64,000 nt of DNA, taken from positions 77,004,001-77,068,000 of the forward strand of contig OZ336874.1 of NCBI GenBank assembly GCA_965287045.1, written 5' to 3'. The first letter of the stretch is position 1; each line of letters begins with the position of its first letter. The translations under genes and the position numbers were made by a program. The notes under the pieces are model-generated. The model ran no database searches and was not told the origin of the DNA. It saw only the letters and a program-made list of their open reading frames with translations. This DNA comes from Carcharhinus amblyrhynchos. Lineage: Eukaryota. This document shows, in pieces, positions 10,622 to 24,023 of this stretch.

Positions 10622-13600
10622 GTTCTATAATTTGCTATACTTGACTGATCTAATCAAGCACTGAGTTTACAAGGAATTCATTAAGTTGAGGAAGTGTCAG
10701 TCAGCAGCAGTCTATGCCATTACTGACCCCAGCACTTTGATCTGCAACCTCCAACCTTGTTTGTAAGTGTCCATTTACCAGCCATGCTCTATGCTACCAT
10801 TGAGCAAAGTCACTAATCTATTGTAATTAGCTCCGTGCCTTATTTAAGCCCATTCCTACAGTGGTTGAATACACGGAGATATGAACCAGTTCCAAGCAAA
10901 TACACAACTGAGAGACCCAATTCAGCCTCAAGGAGATTTTAAACTTTATTTGACATTGTTATTGCTAAATTCGGCAAAGCTAATTCAAGATTATTTTGAA
11001 ATCATTTTTCACATCTTTGAAGGAGTTCTACTTCCCAAAGATTGAAGGTCAAAATGTAATTTGTCATTCTAACTTACCAGTATTGGACTTGGGTGTTGTT
11101 TCCTTACACAAGTCGGGGGGGAGGGGGGGGTGGGAATTGTTTTAACATTATTGTCAGTTGTTGTTCTTGGTGACAACAATTCCTGGAACTAACTGCTAGT
11201 GTTTATCGGATGCTCTACATTTTAAGAGAAAAGACCACATGAAAACGAAGGCAGCAAGAATGTGCTTAGTTGTATTTTTAAGGTGTGCAGTATTGAGAGC
11301 AGCTTCAATCAGCTAGGATGCCAGACAATAGCTTCCTTCTATATGGAGTTGCCATAGTAATGAAAATAAAGTGAAGGATGAGGTAATTTTTTTTAAGGAT
11401 GAGGTAATTGCTTATCGTGCAGAGGTGGGAAAATGCATAGCTTTCTCTCCATGACTTTTTTAAAAATGGTAAATGATGCTTCCATTCCCCCTCTGTGCCC
11501 CACACATTTTTTTTTGTCGTCTCAGTTCTAATCTGATTATTCAGTTTCTGACTTTGGATAAAGTGGGAAATGTGCTCACACAGTGTGCAGTCACCTTTTA
11601 GTCCTCTTTGATTAGCCACCCATGTCTTTCTTTTTACTATTTCCTTTTCTTCCAAAAGTATTAAGTGCAATCTCTCGCACCATTCTTTTCCTGGTACATT
11701 TTGGGGATTATTGTGGAATAGTTCACACCTTTTCTTTAGGGAGAAGACATTGGCAGAATCATTTTCATGTTGACTTCTAGGAAAGCATTCAGTTGAACTA
11801 AATTCTGCCGTCGCCCTTTCACTTCAAGATTAACTTTTTTTCTGTTGATTTTTAAGGGGGCATTGTGAAGGATAGACATTAGCAGACATTTGTGATGCTC
11901 CCTTTTGTGTGGCTTATACAGTCACCAAGATCACTTTTTCCACCAGCTTTGCTACGCCAGAAGTTAAAAGCCCCTCCTGTTAAAGGATGAAAGCTGGAGG
12001 CTAATCTGCTTCCATCTGGAAAATCAGAGAGCCAGGGGTTGCAGTCACGAGGTCATATCCCTTATGTAAACTGTCAGATTCTTTTTACATTAAAAACATA
12101 TCACATAAATACCCACTGAAGACCTGTCAGAGACACTCCTATGAATGCAAAGCCAAGTTTTCTTCAAAATTATGGCATCTATTATAGGGGGAAAATGAGT
12201 TTCTTGCCTGTCTGCATAGAAGCGATTATTCTTTTGGGAGTCAGCAGGAAGAGAGAAAGTAAAAGTTGCTGTAACAAAACCCTGTGACCACTGGCAAGAG
12301 ATGTCCAAACATGAACTCGCATTGCACTTTTACCATTATATTTCTCCATTTGGTTCCTAAACGGTTCATTTTCCTTTGCTCTTTGAAGTCATTAGGCGGG
12401 ATGAAAATAGAGGAATGGAATCCCTGGGGATGCTGTTTCTATATGAATCAGCGTGCTCTCCAGTGTGACTGAAATCGGGGTATTTGCTCAGGAAGCTGTG
12501 GATGCCAGCTGGGCATTGGAAAGGCAAGGATTCTTTCCTAAATGTGGCAGACACTGTTGGGGTCTGAACTTAAAGTGTGCTTTAGATTGAACAGTTTGCC
12601 GTGAGAGGGGATGCCTGAACTGAAATAACTTGCGTGCCTTATTTCTAAGATGCCTGTAGTTGATAATGGTGGGAATGTGTTTGGAGTGGTGGCTGTTGTC
12701 CCATGACATGGAGATTGCCTATAAATTCTCTCTCACTCGAGTGCAACAGCAGCGAGGGAAATTGACTGATTCCCTTTCACAATCTTATACATGTGTGTGT
12801 ACCTGCTGAATAGAGAGTAGAAGAAAGGGTAGGGAAAAGATTAATTAATTTCTTGTGTCATTCATTGCATTTAGTCTCCTCCATGGGTACCTCTGCCTAG
12901 TGGTGTAAATGTATTACTCCTGTGCATGGCTTGCTCAGATTATATGGGTTAACATGGAAGAAATTGAAACTGTTTCTCTTGTGAGCTCAGTGCAATATTG
13001 CAAGTGCCTTTTGATTAGTGTTTGTGTCTATGTTTGTCATATGTTAAGTACTTTTTGGGTCTTTCATCAGTGTGAACTTGAGCATCTGATTAAAGTCTCA
13101 ATGTGCTTACCAGTTTAAATAGAAGTTATTTTATTACGGCCTTCCCGTTTCTCATTTAAACTGGGTATTCACATGAAATGTATGCATGTCATTTGACTCA
13201 CTGGGTTTTCACCTTTTATTCCCAGAGAGTGGATTTGTGTCAGAGAATGTCAATAGATGTAAAAGGCTTAAGAAAATATCTAGAATGCTACAGTTTTGTT
13301 TCCTGTCAAAGGAGTTGCAACCATGAAGAAAGCATTTGCCAATCATATTTATGGAGACAGCATTCCTTGAATTACTTGATCTCATTCATCTATGTGAGAA
13401 GAACAGTATGTACTGTAAACTTCTCATAACCTGCTCTCACGTGTTTCCTGTTGGCTTGATGAATACGCTATCTAAGGTTGTGATTTTAAAATGTTGCTTC
13501 CAGGTAGAGCATTCAGGTGTGCTGATTAACCCCAATGTCCAATAATCGGGTAAATATTGCAAAAAGGTATTGCCAGCAGAAAGACGTGACCTCAAGGGGA

Positions 13601-14106
13601 TGAGCTACATGAGATTCAAGCTTATGATTACCTAGTTTGTTAACAGATCCTTTCCTGTGATATTGGACCTAAGGAGTACATAATATGCAAATACAGGCTT
13701 GGATTTTTGTAGTGAGTTTGAGCACTATCTTCAGTACAGGCTCAGCTAATTGAATCAAACTCTGACTCCTAAATGAAAGGCGTGTGAGTAGTCTCAATCC
13801 AGTTCTGACTATGCAAAGCTGATATTAATGATTACTATTAGCATTAATTTGGCAATACTTAGCACTACATTGACAATCTACCTGTAAGAGGCTTACAGAC
13901 TTAAGTGGTTTAAAAATGGAATTGCTGGATTGGTGGAGCAGTGTTTTTCCTTTTCTTAAATTGAGGTATAGGTTTTCTATTGCAGGGAGAACAGAACAAG
14001 AAACATTTATGGTGCACCTGTTTATCATGTTAATTCCTCACTCAAGAAGATTTGAAGTTGAACTTTGGTCTTAAAATGTCAAAGCTATTCGGTTTACCAG
14101 CTCTTC

Positions 14107-14397
14107 CATAGAATCCTAACAGTGCAGAAGAATGCCATTGAATCTGCAGCGACTCTCTGAAAGAGCATCTTACTCAGGCCCACCCCTTTCCCCCGCCCTG
14201 TGCCCATAACCTCACGCATTTAGCATGGCTAACACATCTGTGGACTGTGGGAAGAAACCAGAGCACCTGGAGGGAAACCCATGCAGACACAGGGAGAACA
14301 TGCAAACTCCACATGGGCAATCACCCAAGGGGAAATCGAACCTGGATCCCTGGCTCGGAGAGGCAGCAGTGCTAACTGTTGTGCCACCATGCTGCCC
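14107..14397 (-). mobile_element. HE1-like V-SINE, tail A, near full length
   Basis: CATAGAATCCTAACAGTGCAGAAG tail through GCAGCAGTGCTAACTGTTGTGCCACCATGCTGCCC head. Confidence 0.9.
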
Positions 14398-14529
14398 AAT
14401 CAATGATTGTTATCAAAGCCAGTATTGCTGGGACTGGTTTTATATTCCACATTTATTAATTGATTCAAATTTCACCAGCTGCCTGGACCTCTGGATTAGT
14501 GATAGTGACATTATCATTACATCACCATC
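14398..14529 (-). mobile_element. Head of second tRNA-derived SINE family (as 33558-33920)
   Basis: TTGATTCAAATTTCACCAGCTGCC..CTCTGGATTAG..GTGACATTATCATTACATCACCATC matches heads near 33810-33920 and 62430-62546. Confidence 0.6.
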
Positions 14530-16270
14530 TGTTCATGTTATTCGACTCCCATCTTAAAATTAGCTTCAAAGTGTGATGGACCATGTGTTTTTGGGAAAAA
14601 ACCTAAGCTGGGACTGGGTCCCTTTTAAGAACTGTGTTTCTCTGGGAGATCATTTCTGGTAATGCAGTTTCATCCAGTAACTGATCGTGAGACCAAGTTG
14701 TCTGGATGACAAACAATAGGAAAAGTGTAAAAAGGAGTAAATTATAAGGGGGGGTAGTTCTATTTCAAACAAGTTCTTTGAGCTTAGAGCAAATTAGCTG
14801 TAGAACAGGGAAAATAGCCAGCAGAATTGAGTTGAAATTCCGGATGCTGGCTAAAAGAGTTTAGAACTCTTAAGTGAAGGACTTCGCTAACAGTGAGTTG
14901 GATATCTGTGGTAGCCAAGTTGAGGAGAGAGATATTTAGATGCAAAACTACAGAATATAAGAATATCAGAACTAGGAGAGTTCTAACCCAAGGTGACTCC
15001 ACTTAAGATATCAGCAGCGCCTATATGCAACTGAGATCAATTTTTGGAGGAGATTTGAAAAGAAAACCTTGCCAGAAGTCAGCATTTGGCCCAAGACATC
15101 TCAGCGCTTGTACAAATCTTCAAAGCAGTACTCGTACCAACTGGCAAATCCTCCAATTTTTGATTGTCTGACTTGAGTTTTGAGTGTTTAAGTCTAATGT
15201 GTATAGAAATAAATGAGTCAAGTCTGGTTGAGGTAATTAACAGTTCATGGCACTTTTAATGTCTTTAACATCGACTAATTAGGACAGTTATAGCTAATAC
15301 AATACATGTTTTCTTGTATAGTAAATGCTTGATTTTTTTGGATTTCCAAAAAAAAATTCTCACACCAGCGGAATTCTCCAATCCTGCAGCAATGAATGAA
15401 GATTTGGCTGAGCACCAAATTCTTCATCCTCACTTGTGATGGTAATGGAGTGTGAACGGAGGATTTCAGCCCTGGTCTCTGTGCTTTTATGTATCTTTTA
15501 TTCTGTAAAGTTACCATAGACAAGAAAGTTTGCATTGCTTCTGAAGATACAGGTTCACTTGTAAGCTGCAATCCTAACTTCAAGTCTGTGGTGATGCACT
15601 CAATGGAGGATAGATTTGAAGTCAGTAAAGAGCAGAACCAGAAAGGTCTCTTAAAACTGCAAGTGTCTTGTGTCAGATGTAAGTGAACTATGATCTTCTC
15701 TAAACAGAATGTATATTTGAAGAGTTGAAACTATAATGTGTGTGCGACCTCTGCTTCATAACTGCTGCTACTGAAAAGCTTGTGGCACACTTGCTGCAGG
15801 AGTACAGGAACTTTGAGATGTGGTTTCAAAATAGATTGCAATAAACTCCATGATCTTACCACTTGGTACTCTCCCCAGTGCTGCAACCATGACTCAGTGT
15901 TAATGTACATTCTTGATATGACAAATGCCATCTTTTGAACCTGGGATCTTTGAGTGATTCAGTTGTTTTACCCAGCATGAGGTGTGACATTTCGCCCTTT
16001 AGTTATAGCCAGATAGACTTGAATCATTCTGTTTACAGATTTCTCCATTTTGAAAGCCTTCTGTTGTTTACACCAAAACTCTGTGGCATCCCAGCAGATT
16101 TCAGCAGGGTATTTAGGCAGCAAACATTTCACAGCAAGAGTTTCAATATCAGTATTCAAAACATGGAATGAAATGCAAGTAGCACCTGCCTTGAACTTGG
16201 GTCACTTCTCAGGAGGCAATATTGTTCGAAGATTTGGAGAACGGCTGTACTGTGGCTTGGAAGAAGTGTT

Positions 16271-16810
16271 GGGTGGAATTCTCCCATATTCAGGCTAAGT
16301 GCCCAGACCATTGGGAAAATGAATGCTTTGTACTGGTCGTGTTGGTCAGGTGGGAGGTCACCCACCTGAAGAAAGATGCAAGTGAATCCATTGCAGAAAG
16401 CCCGCTGTTCAGAGATTGTAACACCATTTTGAAAGGGCACCCTGATCTCTGCGTGAAGCAATGGGCCCCATTCCCCAAAAATGAAATGATTGCCTGCCTC
16501 CTCCACCCCCCCCCCCCCCCCCCCCAACCCCACCCCAAGCCCCCACCAACCAGGAGAGCACCACTAGCTTCTCACCGCTCCTACCTAGTCCATTCCCACT
16601 CAGATCCCCATTCATCCCCATCTTTATGACACATACCTTGGCTGTGCCAGTGGTGCATACCCCCCCCCCCCAAGCAATGATGCCAACCAGGCCCTGGCAA
16701 GTCCTTAGACTTGACTTGCCTGTTCAAACTCCCATCAGTATGGTGGGACTGCCAGTGGTTCCTGCAGTGGACATCTCTCCCAGTGCTAGAGTGGTATGAA
16801 GAATCAGTCA
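16271..16810. mobile_element. Degraded Harbinger-like non-autonomous element with poly-C interior
   Basis: Begins GGGTGGAATTCTCCC like other MITE TIRs; GC-rich interior resembles 24024-24875 and 48489-49142; right end unclear. Confidence 0.4.
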
Positions 16811-18957
16811 TTGTGCACTTGCAGATGGATGCTCTATCTGTGTCTTAATTAGGAGGCACAGAAGATTATGATAATTACCCACAAGGCATTGCAGTTTGCA
16901 CATACTAATTGACTCTTTGACGTGCCAGGCCATTGTTGCATTCCGTCGGCAGTGTATGTAAAGGCAATGATGCGAGCCACCTGCTTTTCTAAGTGTATTA
17001 AAACATGCTGTTGCTTATGAAATTATTGTTGTTTGACATTTAAAATGGAGCATTAATCACAGTTAATTATGTGACATAGCACAATACATGCCAGAGGCCA
17101 GTTGCAGAACTAGCTACCTTGGGTGATTTAAAAGGCGAAAGGAAGTGCCTTAGAGTGGATATTTTGACTGGTGAGCGCTGTTTGTGCACAACAGTTATCT
17201 AAAATGGAACACGTTGAGAATTAATCCTGGGAAGCACAGCCTCTGTCCTGCAAGCTGAATGAGTGGCTGCTCTGGAAGAAAAAGACAACATTACAAGTTG
17301 GGAAAGGTATTTATTTATTTTGTAAAGTAAGGAGTGCAGATATTTTTAGAACAAGAGGATGAGGGGCAGGTTTTAGCTTTAATTTCAATTTGGAGATTGA
17401 ACACGGTCTCCCTCAAGAGATAAAATGAGATCCCTTGCACCCACCCACTGGTAAAATAAGCCTCTGTGCAGCTGAGAGTCTAGCCTACATTTGTCGGGCT
17501 CTAGAGACCACATAAGGCTCATTTTTTTTTAAGTCTCAGCAGTCTACTTGCTGAACCACATTAGGCCCTTTTAAGTGATTTTTTGAGAGAGGGAGGAAAG
17601 AGTGGCTGGCTTGTGCTGATTAGTTTTGCATATAAAGGGCAGGCAGATGGTGGAGGAAGCAAAATATTACTGCAGCACGTCTGAGTCTATATAATGTTTA
17701 CTTGCATCTGCATACACTATAGGAAGGTGCCACTTATTTTAATTTTGCAGCTGTTGCCTCTTTCTGATTCCAGTCCTCCTGCTTTTAGACAGGTAGAATT
17801 TGATTGTCAGGAAAAAGGTTCCACTTTGTGTTGCTGGGAAGTATTAACAAGCCAGTAGCTGCCATTATCATTGCTTTTGCAAAAGTATGAAGAGTTCTGA
17901 TTTAAATTGCTTGTACATTGACTAAAAGCCAGTTCATTTTCATTGTGCTCAAAAAGTAGACAAATGAATAGCGCAAATTAATCAAATTTGAGGCAAGAAT
18001 AGAAGCTTCTCAGCGGCTAAATGCTTGTGAAAGCAGTTGTTAAAACGAGGGTGAGGACCCGTCAAATACACATAAAAAATGGTTTGTTTATTAAGTCTGT
18101 GGGATTGTGTTGCTTGACCAAGTCTGTGTGCCACCATTGAAAGGAAACAAGGCAGTAGGCTGCTTCTGGAGACATTTCCCCCACCCCGTTTAATGCTGCT
18201 GGGACTGTGAACGAACTTCTTGCTGTGTTGGGGGTCAGAGGTTGAAGTGCAGTGCCAGCTGACAAGTTTGCTTTGTAATGATGGCAGTGTCCTATTCAAG
18301 GTTCGGGGGTGGAGTGGGGGGAGGGATATATTTCCACCAGCGGATGCTGTGAGACCAGTGATGGTTTTTGTGACAATGAGGTCTTGCACCGAAAGTCGGA
18401 GGATATTATCTAAAAATATTTCACTTTTTACCATTTCCCATCTCCATTTGCAATTGATGTAAGCAAGAACACTTGAATAATGAAGATTTTGCACTGATCA
18501 TTGAAACATATTTTATTTACGTACTGTTGGAATTCTATGGTCCAACCACTCTCAATTTTGCAGAAGCGCACAAAAGGAAACAAAGAAAAATGTAAAACGC
18601 ACGTTAAATCAATTAAACAAGTGGATAAATGTTGGTGGAAAAAGTACTTATGATGTACCTGAAATTTTTAGATGTGTGAAAAATGGTTATTTTGGTTTTT
18701 GCTGTGCTATATACTGTTTTTATGACAATTCTGTTTATCCACTGTCGTCTTTACTGTAGTAATCTGTCAGAGATATGGCTTCATAGGATATAAATGTTCT
18801 GGAATTATCATCTGTCACATCTTTGCGCAATGATGAGTTGACAAAATGATGGCAGGCATATAATACGTCCCAAAATTTCATAGAAAGAATAAAATAATGC
18901 CTCAGTGTTATGTAACCTCAAAGCCTTGCTTCATTGGAGACCATTATAACTTTTCAG

Positions 18958-19096
18958 AAAAACCTCAAAATGCGTCAAGCATTTAGTGAGTATTGGTACG
19001 TAGCAAGCGTTACATCCAACTAGATTGTGCAAACAGCAATAAGTTGAGTGACTAGTTAACTTGTTTTGATAGTATAAGTTGAGGGAGAACTATCAA
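18958..19096 (-). mobile_element. DeuSINE (SacSINE1-like) 3' fragment
   Basis: CAAACAGCAATAAG..TGACTAGTTAACTTGTTTTGATAGT..GTTGAGGGAGAACTAT matches the Deu/tail region near 40800-40870. Confidence 0.45.
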
Positions 19097-20483
19097 CTTA
19101 AGTTGTCTTGGTGGTGTATTTATGATATTTGGTTTGATATCTTTTGAGGGTGTGTTGTATTCCTATTGCTCATTTGGATAGATCGGCCTGAAATAAGCGT
19201 CCACTTCTTTTGGCATGTTGTGATTTGTCTTCCCTTGTGCAGAAACCCTAGTAAACCAGTGCACAAATGGTAGTCAAGTGGATAGTGGAGTATGTTTTTG
19301 TTTCTGCCAAAGATTGTACCTCGGTTTCATTTATTTCAGAAACTCAGAATGGCAAAATCTTATCTGCCATCTCATGCGTGAAATTACTTCTTTTAGTGTG
19401 CACTGAGCTTTAGTTTTCCACCTAAACAAAAAAATTATGCAAACCACCACAAAGCTAAGAGTAGGTCGTGAAACGTAAATTCTTCAATTATTCATTACAG
19501 AGCTGCAGTCACAAGCAAGCATTCTGCCCATACTGTGACTGCTCTGTGGCCTGCATGCAAGTGTTTCTCTTGAGGCAGCTACCTGGAATAACTTGCATGC
19601 TTTGCTAAGCTTTATTATCTTGATCTGACAGCTGCATTTGACAAACTTTTAAGCACCAAAGTGTTTAAAGCTGACCAGAACACGTGGCCTTTGGCTATTT
19701 TTATATTCTTCTATCCGTAGTGGGGAGAGCAGATCTCAAGTGGAGGATGTTGATTGATGCTTGCCCCATTTTTTTCTTTTGCATTGTGCCTACTCGAGTA
19801 CCAGGAGAAGGAGGCCTGAGCTTTATTTTACCTCTTCATTTTGATTCCAGGAACTGTCATCGTTCAGATACCAGGAGCTTTGAGGATTTACATATTTTGC
19901 CTCTTTTTTTATATACTGTCAGGCCTCTCTCCTCCACCCCTCCCCACCACCACCACCACTACTCATTGTAAGGAGTGTTATGTTCTTGTTGTATATTAGG
20001 ATACACTTGCCTGAAATGCAAATGCCACTCTCTTGTGATTGGTCTTCCCTGGTGCAAGATCCCAGGGTGAGTAGAAAGAAGATAATCAAACATTATATTA
20101 AAGAATATTATGCAGTGTTATCATCCAGCAATCATGGATCTTAGAATCATATCAAACACTGAAGATGTACTGAAGAAACATCAGGAAAGTAAACTTAAAT
20201 GGAGAGCTAAAGTAGTTGAGCAGAAAAAAGTCAAAGCTATGGATTTCATAACAAGAAGAGTGTGATAGCAATCCAGCCAGAGGAAAGAAGTGTAGAAATT
20301 CAAGAATAGGGAATGCTAAGAGAGGGGGCTAGAAACTGAGAGGCAGTTCAAGGAAGATTTCTTCTCTTTTGTGAACACTGGCGTATGATTTCAGTATATT
20401 GCACATACTGTGTGCTGACATGGCAGCATGCTCCTCTCATTATAAATCACTATATCCTCAAAGCTGGGATTAAAATGGGTGCG

Positions 20484-20768
20484 AATAAAGTTTATTGATT
20501 AGTCTCATAAGTAGACTTGCATTAACACTGCAATGAAGTTACTGTGAAAATTCTCTAGCTGTCACTCTCCACCTGTTCAGGCATACAGGAGAATTTAGCA
20601 TGGCCAGTGCACCTAATCTGCATGTCTTTTGCACTCTGACAGGAAACTGGAGCACTCAGGGTAAACCCATGCAGACACAGGGAGAAGGTGCAGTCTGCAC
20701 ACAGGCAGTGATTCAAGCTGGGTCCCTGGTGCTATGAAGCAGCAGTGCTAACCATTGTGCCACCATGC
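20484..20768 (-). mobile_element. HE1-like V-SINE, tail B
   Basis: AAAGTTTATT..CATTAACACTGCAATGAAGTTACTGTGAAAA tail; GCAGCAGTGCTAACCATTGTGCCACCATGC head. Confidence 0.9.
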
Positions 20769-21826
20769 ATTATGCAGTTGTGCTTTATCAGAATGCCCCT
20801 AATTTTGTTTTGTCTTCGTTGACCAAACAAGGTGATCTCCTGAGAGTAGCAAAAGGTTATTTGATATGCTCCAGTCTTTTAGGTGCCTACTTTAATTTTA
20901 GTTTCTCATGCTGACAGCTGTGATCAGAAGCTTTTGTAAGATAATTGATGGTGACACAGTTAGTGTTGGAGGGTCCAGAAGTTGCCACAGCAGAATGGGA
21001 GCATATCAGACTTGGTTATGTCCAACCAGAAATAAATAGTTGAGGCATCAGTTTTACTGGTGGTGACTGCTCTGCTCACGACTTTCTTTCTTTCCCACAT
21101 CTATCTACTTCTCGACTCCAGCTGTGATTGTCTTGTGTATTGCAATCAGCAAGATCCATTGTAGGATATTTAGTCCCAAAACTTTGTACTATTTTAGTAA
21201 GTGATTGGTAGTGAGTTATTGAGTTAACTAATTGTGCACCGAATGAAACGAGAATCTTGAAATGATACTCAAGTATTAGATTATCAATTGCGCATTGGTA
21301 TTATTTTCCTAATTTCCCTAAAAAAAAATTTTCACCATGTCCAACTGTTCATGACAGGGTAGAGTGCATCCATTTGTAATTCCTTGAAATTGTGCTTACA
21401 AGTGTTCCTGTGAATGATATATTTCTTAAAAACAAAATGCAGCATGACACTATATATTGGTGCATGTACTTTTGTACAAATGAATTTTTTGCCACTTAGG
21501 ATTAACCCAAATGCTGCCAAAAGATAGTTGACTATGAACAGGTACTGCTGGAATCTGAAAGGTTGTGGAAGATCAACATTTATGAAATCAGGGCTAAATG
21601 TTGCACAGATATTGCATGGATAGGACTAAATGTACACGTGTGGGAAGAGAGATGGTGTGCAGTACATTTTGGGTGGTGCATTATTATCTCCACATTACTA
21701 TGAGTAACATCGTGGAAGATGAGGGAGTGTAATATGTTTTGCCCCTGGGGTTTATACACTTGCATTCCTAAACTGTGCAATAACCTTGTAACAGTATCCC
21801 TATTGAAAAGAAATACTAAAAACTAA

Positions 21827-21959
21827 GGCTGGAATTTTCCGGCCATTCACGCCAGTGAGATTCTCTGGTCCCGCTTCAGTGAACTGAGGTTTGGCCGAGT
21901 GCCAAATTCTCCGCCTTTGCTGGAGGCAGTGGGGTGTGAATGGCCGGAGAATTCTGAGC
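21827..21959. mobile_element. PIF/Harbinger-like MITE (~130 bp)
   Basis: TIRs GGCTGGAATTTTCCGGCCATTCAC / GTGAATGGCCGGAGAATTCTGAGC; TAA TSD at 21824-21826 and 21960-21962. Confidence 0.8.
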
Positions 21960-22289
21960 TAAGTCTTATTCAGGTTATTATTGCTGCTTTCTTTGTCCCC
22001 AAACCCAGATATTAATTCACAGTACCAAAATAATAATGCTATAAAATTCACCTTTTTCTGGTAACTTTTTGAAATTTTCTTCTGTCCTGTCTGTCCCTGT
22101 TGAGACAGCAACAGAGCAAGTTTGTAGTTTCCTCACAATATGCCTTCATATCTGTTCTGGGTTGAGTGTGTTGAATGAGGATTTTACCTTGGTGGCATCA
22201 GAAATGAAGCAAGTTCTGCCTTCTCTCAACAAGTTTATAGTTTTGTGTTTTCCAACAGGGTGCTGAGATACTGAGCAGGAGGGGATACC

Positions 22290-22400
22290 CCACTGAACTC
22301 ACTGAGATCAGTTAGTTCCTTGCCGACTGGGAATTAAATTCACTACCAATATAGGCAGTACCATAATATGCATTACACTAGTATGTGAGCCACCTGGGTT
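22290..22400 (-). mobile_element. Head of old AmnSINE2-like SINE
   Basis: CTGAGATCAGTTAGTTCC..GGGAATTAAA..GCAGTACCA..TGAGCCACC is the reverse complement of the 10322 family head. Confidence 0.4.
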
Positions 22401-23182
22401 CCTCGTTTGAGCTCTACCATGTTTGCTAATGAGTCTGGTAGAAAAGTGCTTCTACTTTCAATGCCTAAGGGCACAGCTTGGAAAAGCATAATGAATTTTA
22501 AATGCCATAGCTTTAGTGGTTTCTGGTCCTGTCACTGGCACCGCTTAATGATTGCTGGTGAAACACTAACTGCTTAAGGTTGCATATGTTAAATAAATAG
22601 CCAGTTCAAGTTACCCTCACCACCTCAGATTTATCACCTGATACTCGAGTCTGGGCCACACAGAGCTCAAAAGGGTTAGTGGAATTCCTCACATTCTACT
22701 ATTGAAGAGGTTGTTGAAATCAATTCAGATGCTGATAACCTACAGACTTGTTTTTGTTAGATTTACTTTTTGGTGTTTCTTCTTTTCACAGTTAAGTAAG
22801 ATTACAGTATTTGGCCAAGGGATGTTATGTTTGATAGACTAACATTTGTAACATTTTTTAAGAGGAGGATGACTTACTTTTGCATGATCTTAGGTAGACA
22901 GCATTGAGTTTGAGTCACTAAAAGATTCTGAATTCGGACTTGTAGAGTTTTGTTGCGAGTTAGGGTCACGAGCAGTATCTCATTTGAAGGCAGTCTCACA
23001 GAAACTGTTGGATGGTATAGGTTGTAATCTTCTATCTGCTATTGAAATTAGCAAGTGGAAGTTAAACAGTTCCTAGAGGGAGAGGAAGTTAATTTTATCG
23101 GATCAATCAGCCTGAACAATGTATGGGCACTTTCTAGGGCCTTACCATAGACTGGCATCGATGGAGCCTGGTATTCACTCAG

Positions 23183-23410
23183 TTTCTAAATGGTTACAGC
23201 ACAGAAGGAAGCTATTTGGCTTGCTAGGTCCATACTGGCTCTCTGCGAGACTGGTTAAATTCATCCCACCCTGGAACCTATCCCTGTAACTCTGCAGTTA
23301 TAGTTTCTTCAAGTGCTTACCCAACTCTTCTGAAAACCAGGACTAAATCTGCCTCCTCTATCCTTTCAGGTAGTGCGTTCAAGATCCTAACTACTTGTTG
23401 TGTTTAAAGA
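23183..23410 (-). mobile_element. CR1 LINE 3' end, degraded
   Basis: GTTACAGCACAGAAGGAAGCTATTTGGC tail; CCTTTCAGGTAGTGCGTTCAAGATCCTAACTAC corresponds to VVRIWNALP on the minus strand. Confidence 0.7.
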
Positions 23411-23536
23411 AGGATTTTCTTTTTAAATTCATGATTCTCTGGTGTCATTTGTTGTCTTATTTTGGCTAAGAGTTTTTTCGTGTTATTGAACAAATATCTT
23501 TATTGATTGTGGCTCATTGATTTTTATTTGCTTAAG

Positions 23537-23815
23537 TAAAGTTTATTTGTTAGTTACAAGTAAGGCTTGTGTTAACATTGCAATGAAATTACTGTGAAAT
23601 TCCCCTAGTCATCACACTCCAGTGCCTGTTCGGGTCAATGCACCTAACCAGCGCATCTTTCAGACTGAGGGGAAACCAGAGTTCTCAGAGGAAACCCAAG
23701 CACACACTGGGAGAATGTGCAAACTCCACACAGACAGTGACCCAAGCAGGGAATCGAACCTGAGTTCCTGGCACAGTGAGTCAGCAGTGCTAACCACTGT
23801 GCCACCGTGCTACCC
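23537..23815 (-). mobile_element. HE1-like V-SINE, tail B (short-body subfamily)
   Basis: AAAGTTTATTTGTTAG..GCAATGAAATTACTGTGAAATTCCCCTAGTC tail; GGGAATCGAACC B box; CTAACCACTGTGCCACCGTGC head. Confidence 0.9.
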
Positions 23816-24023
23816 ACTTGAACCTCATCGCTAGATTCCTATTCCAAGTGAAATTGAGCAGAGATCATTCAGCCCATTTATCCCACGTTTGCATTTTGGG
23901 CATACAAATAAAACTCAGTTCAGACCACTTCCACATTATCTGCCTTGGATTTATCCATTTTTTCATTGGTTGAGAAGCAATGCATTTTTTTTAATGCTTT
24001 AGTTTAGCTACATTAATTGTTAT

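Noticed and set aside
11374-11409. 15-bp direct repeat AAGGATGAGGTAATT
   Set aside because: Simple slippage duplication beside a T run; no array structure.
16156-16811. Overlapping Gly/Pro-rich ORFs
   Set aside because: Produced by poly-C runs inside a degraded MITE-like element.
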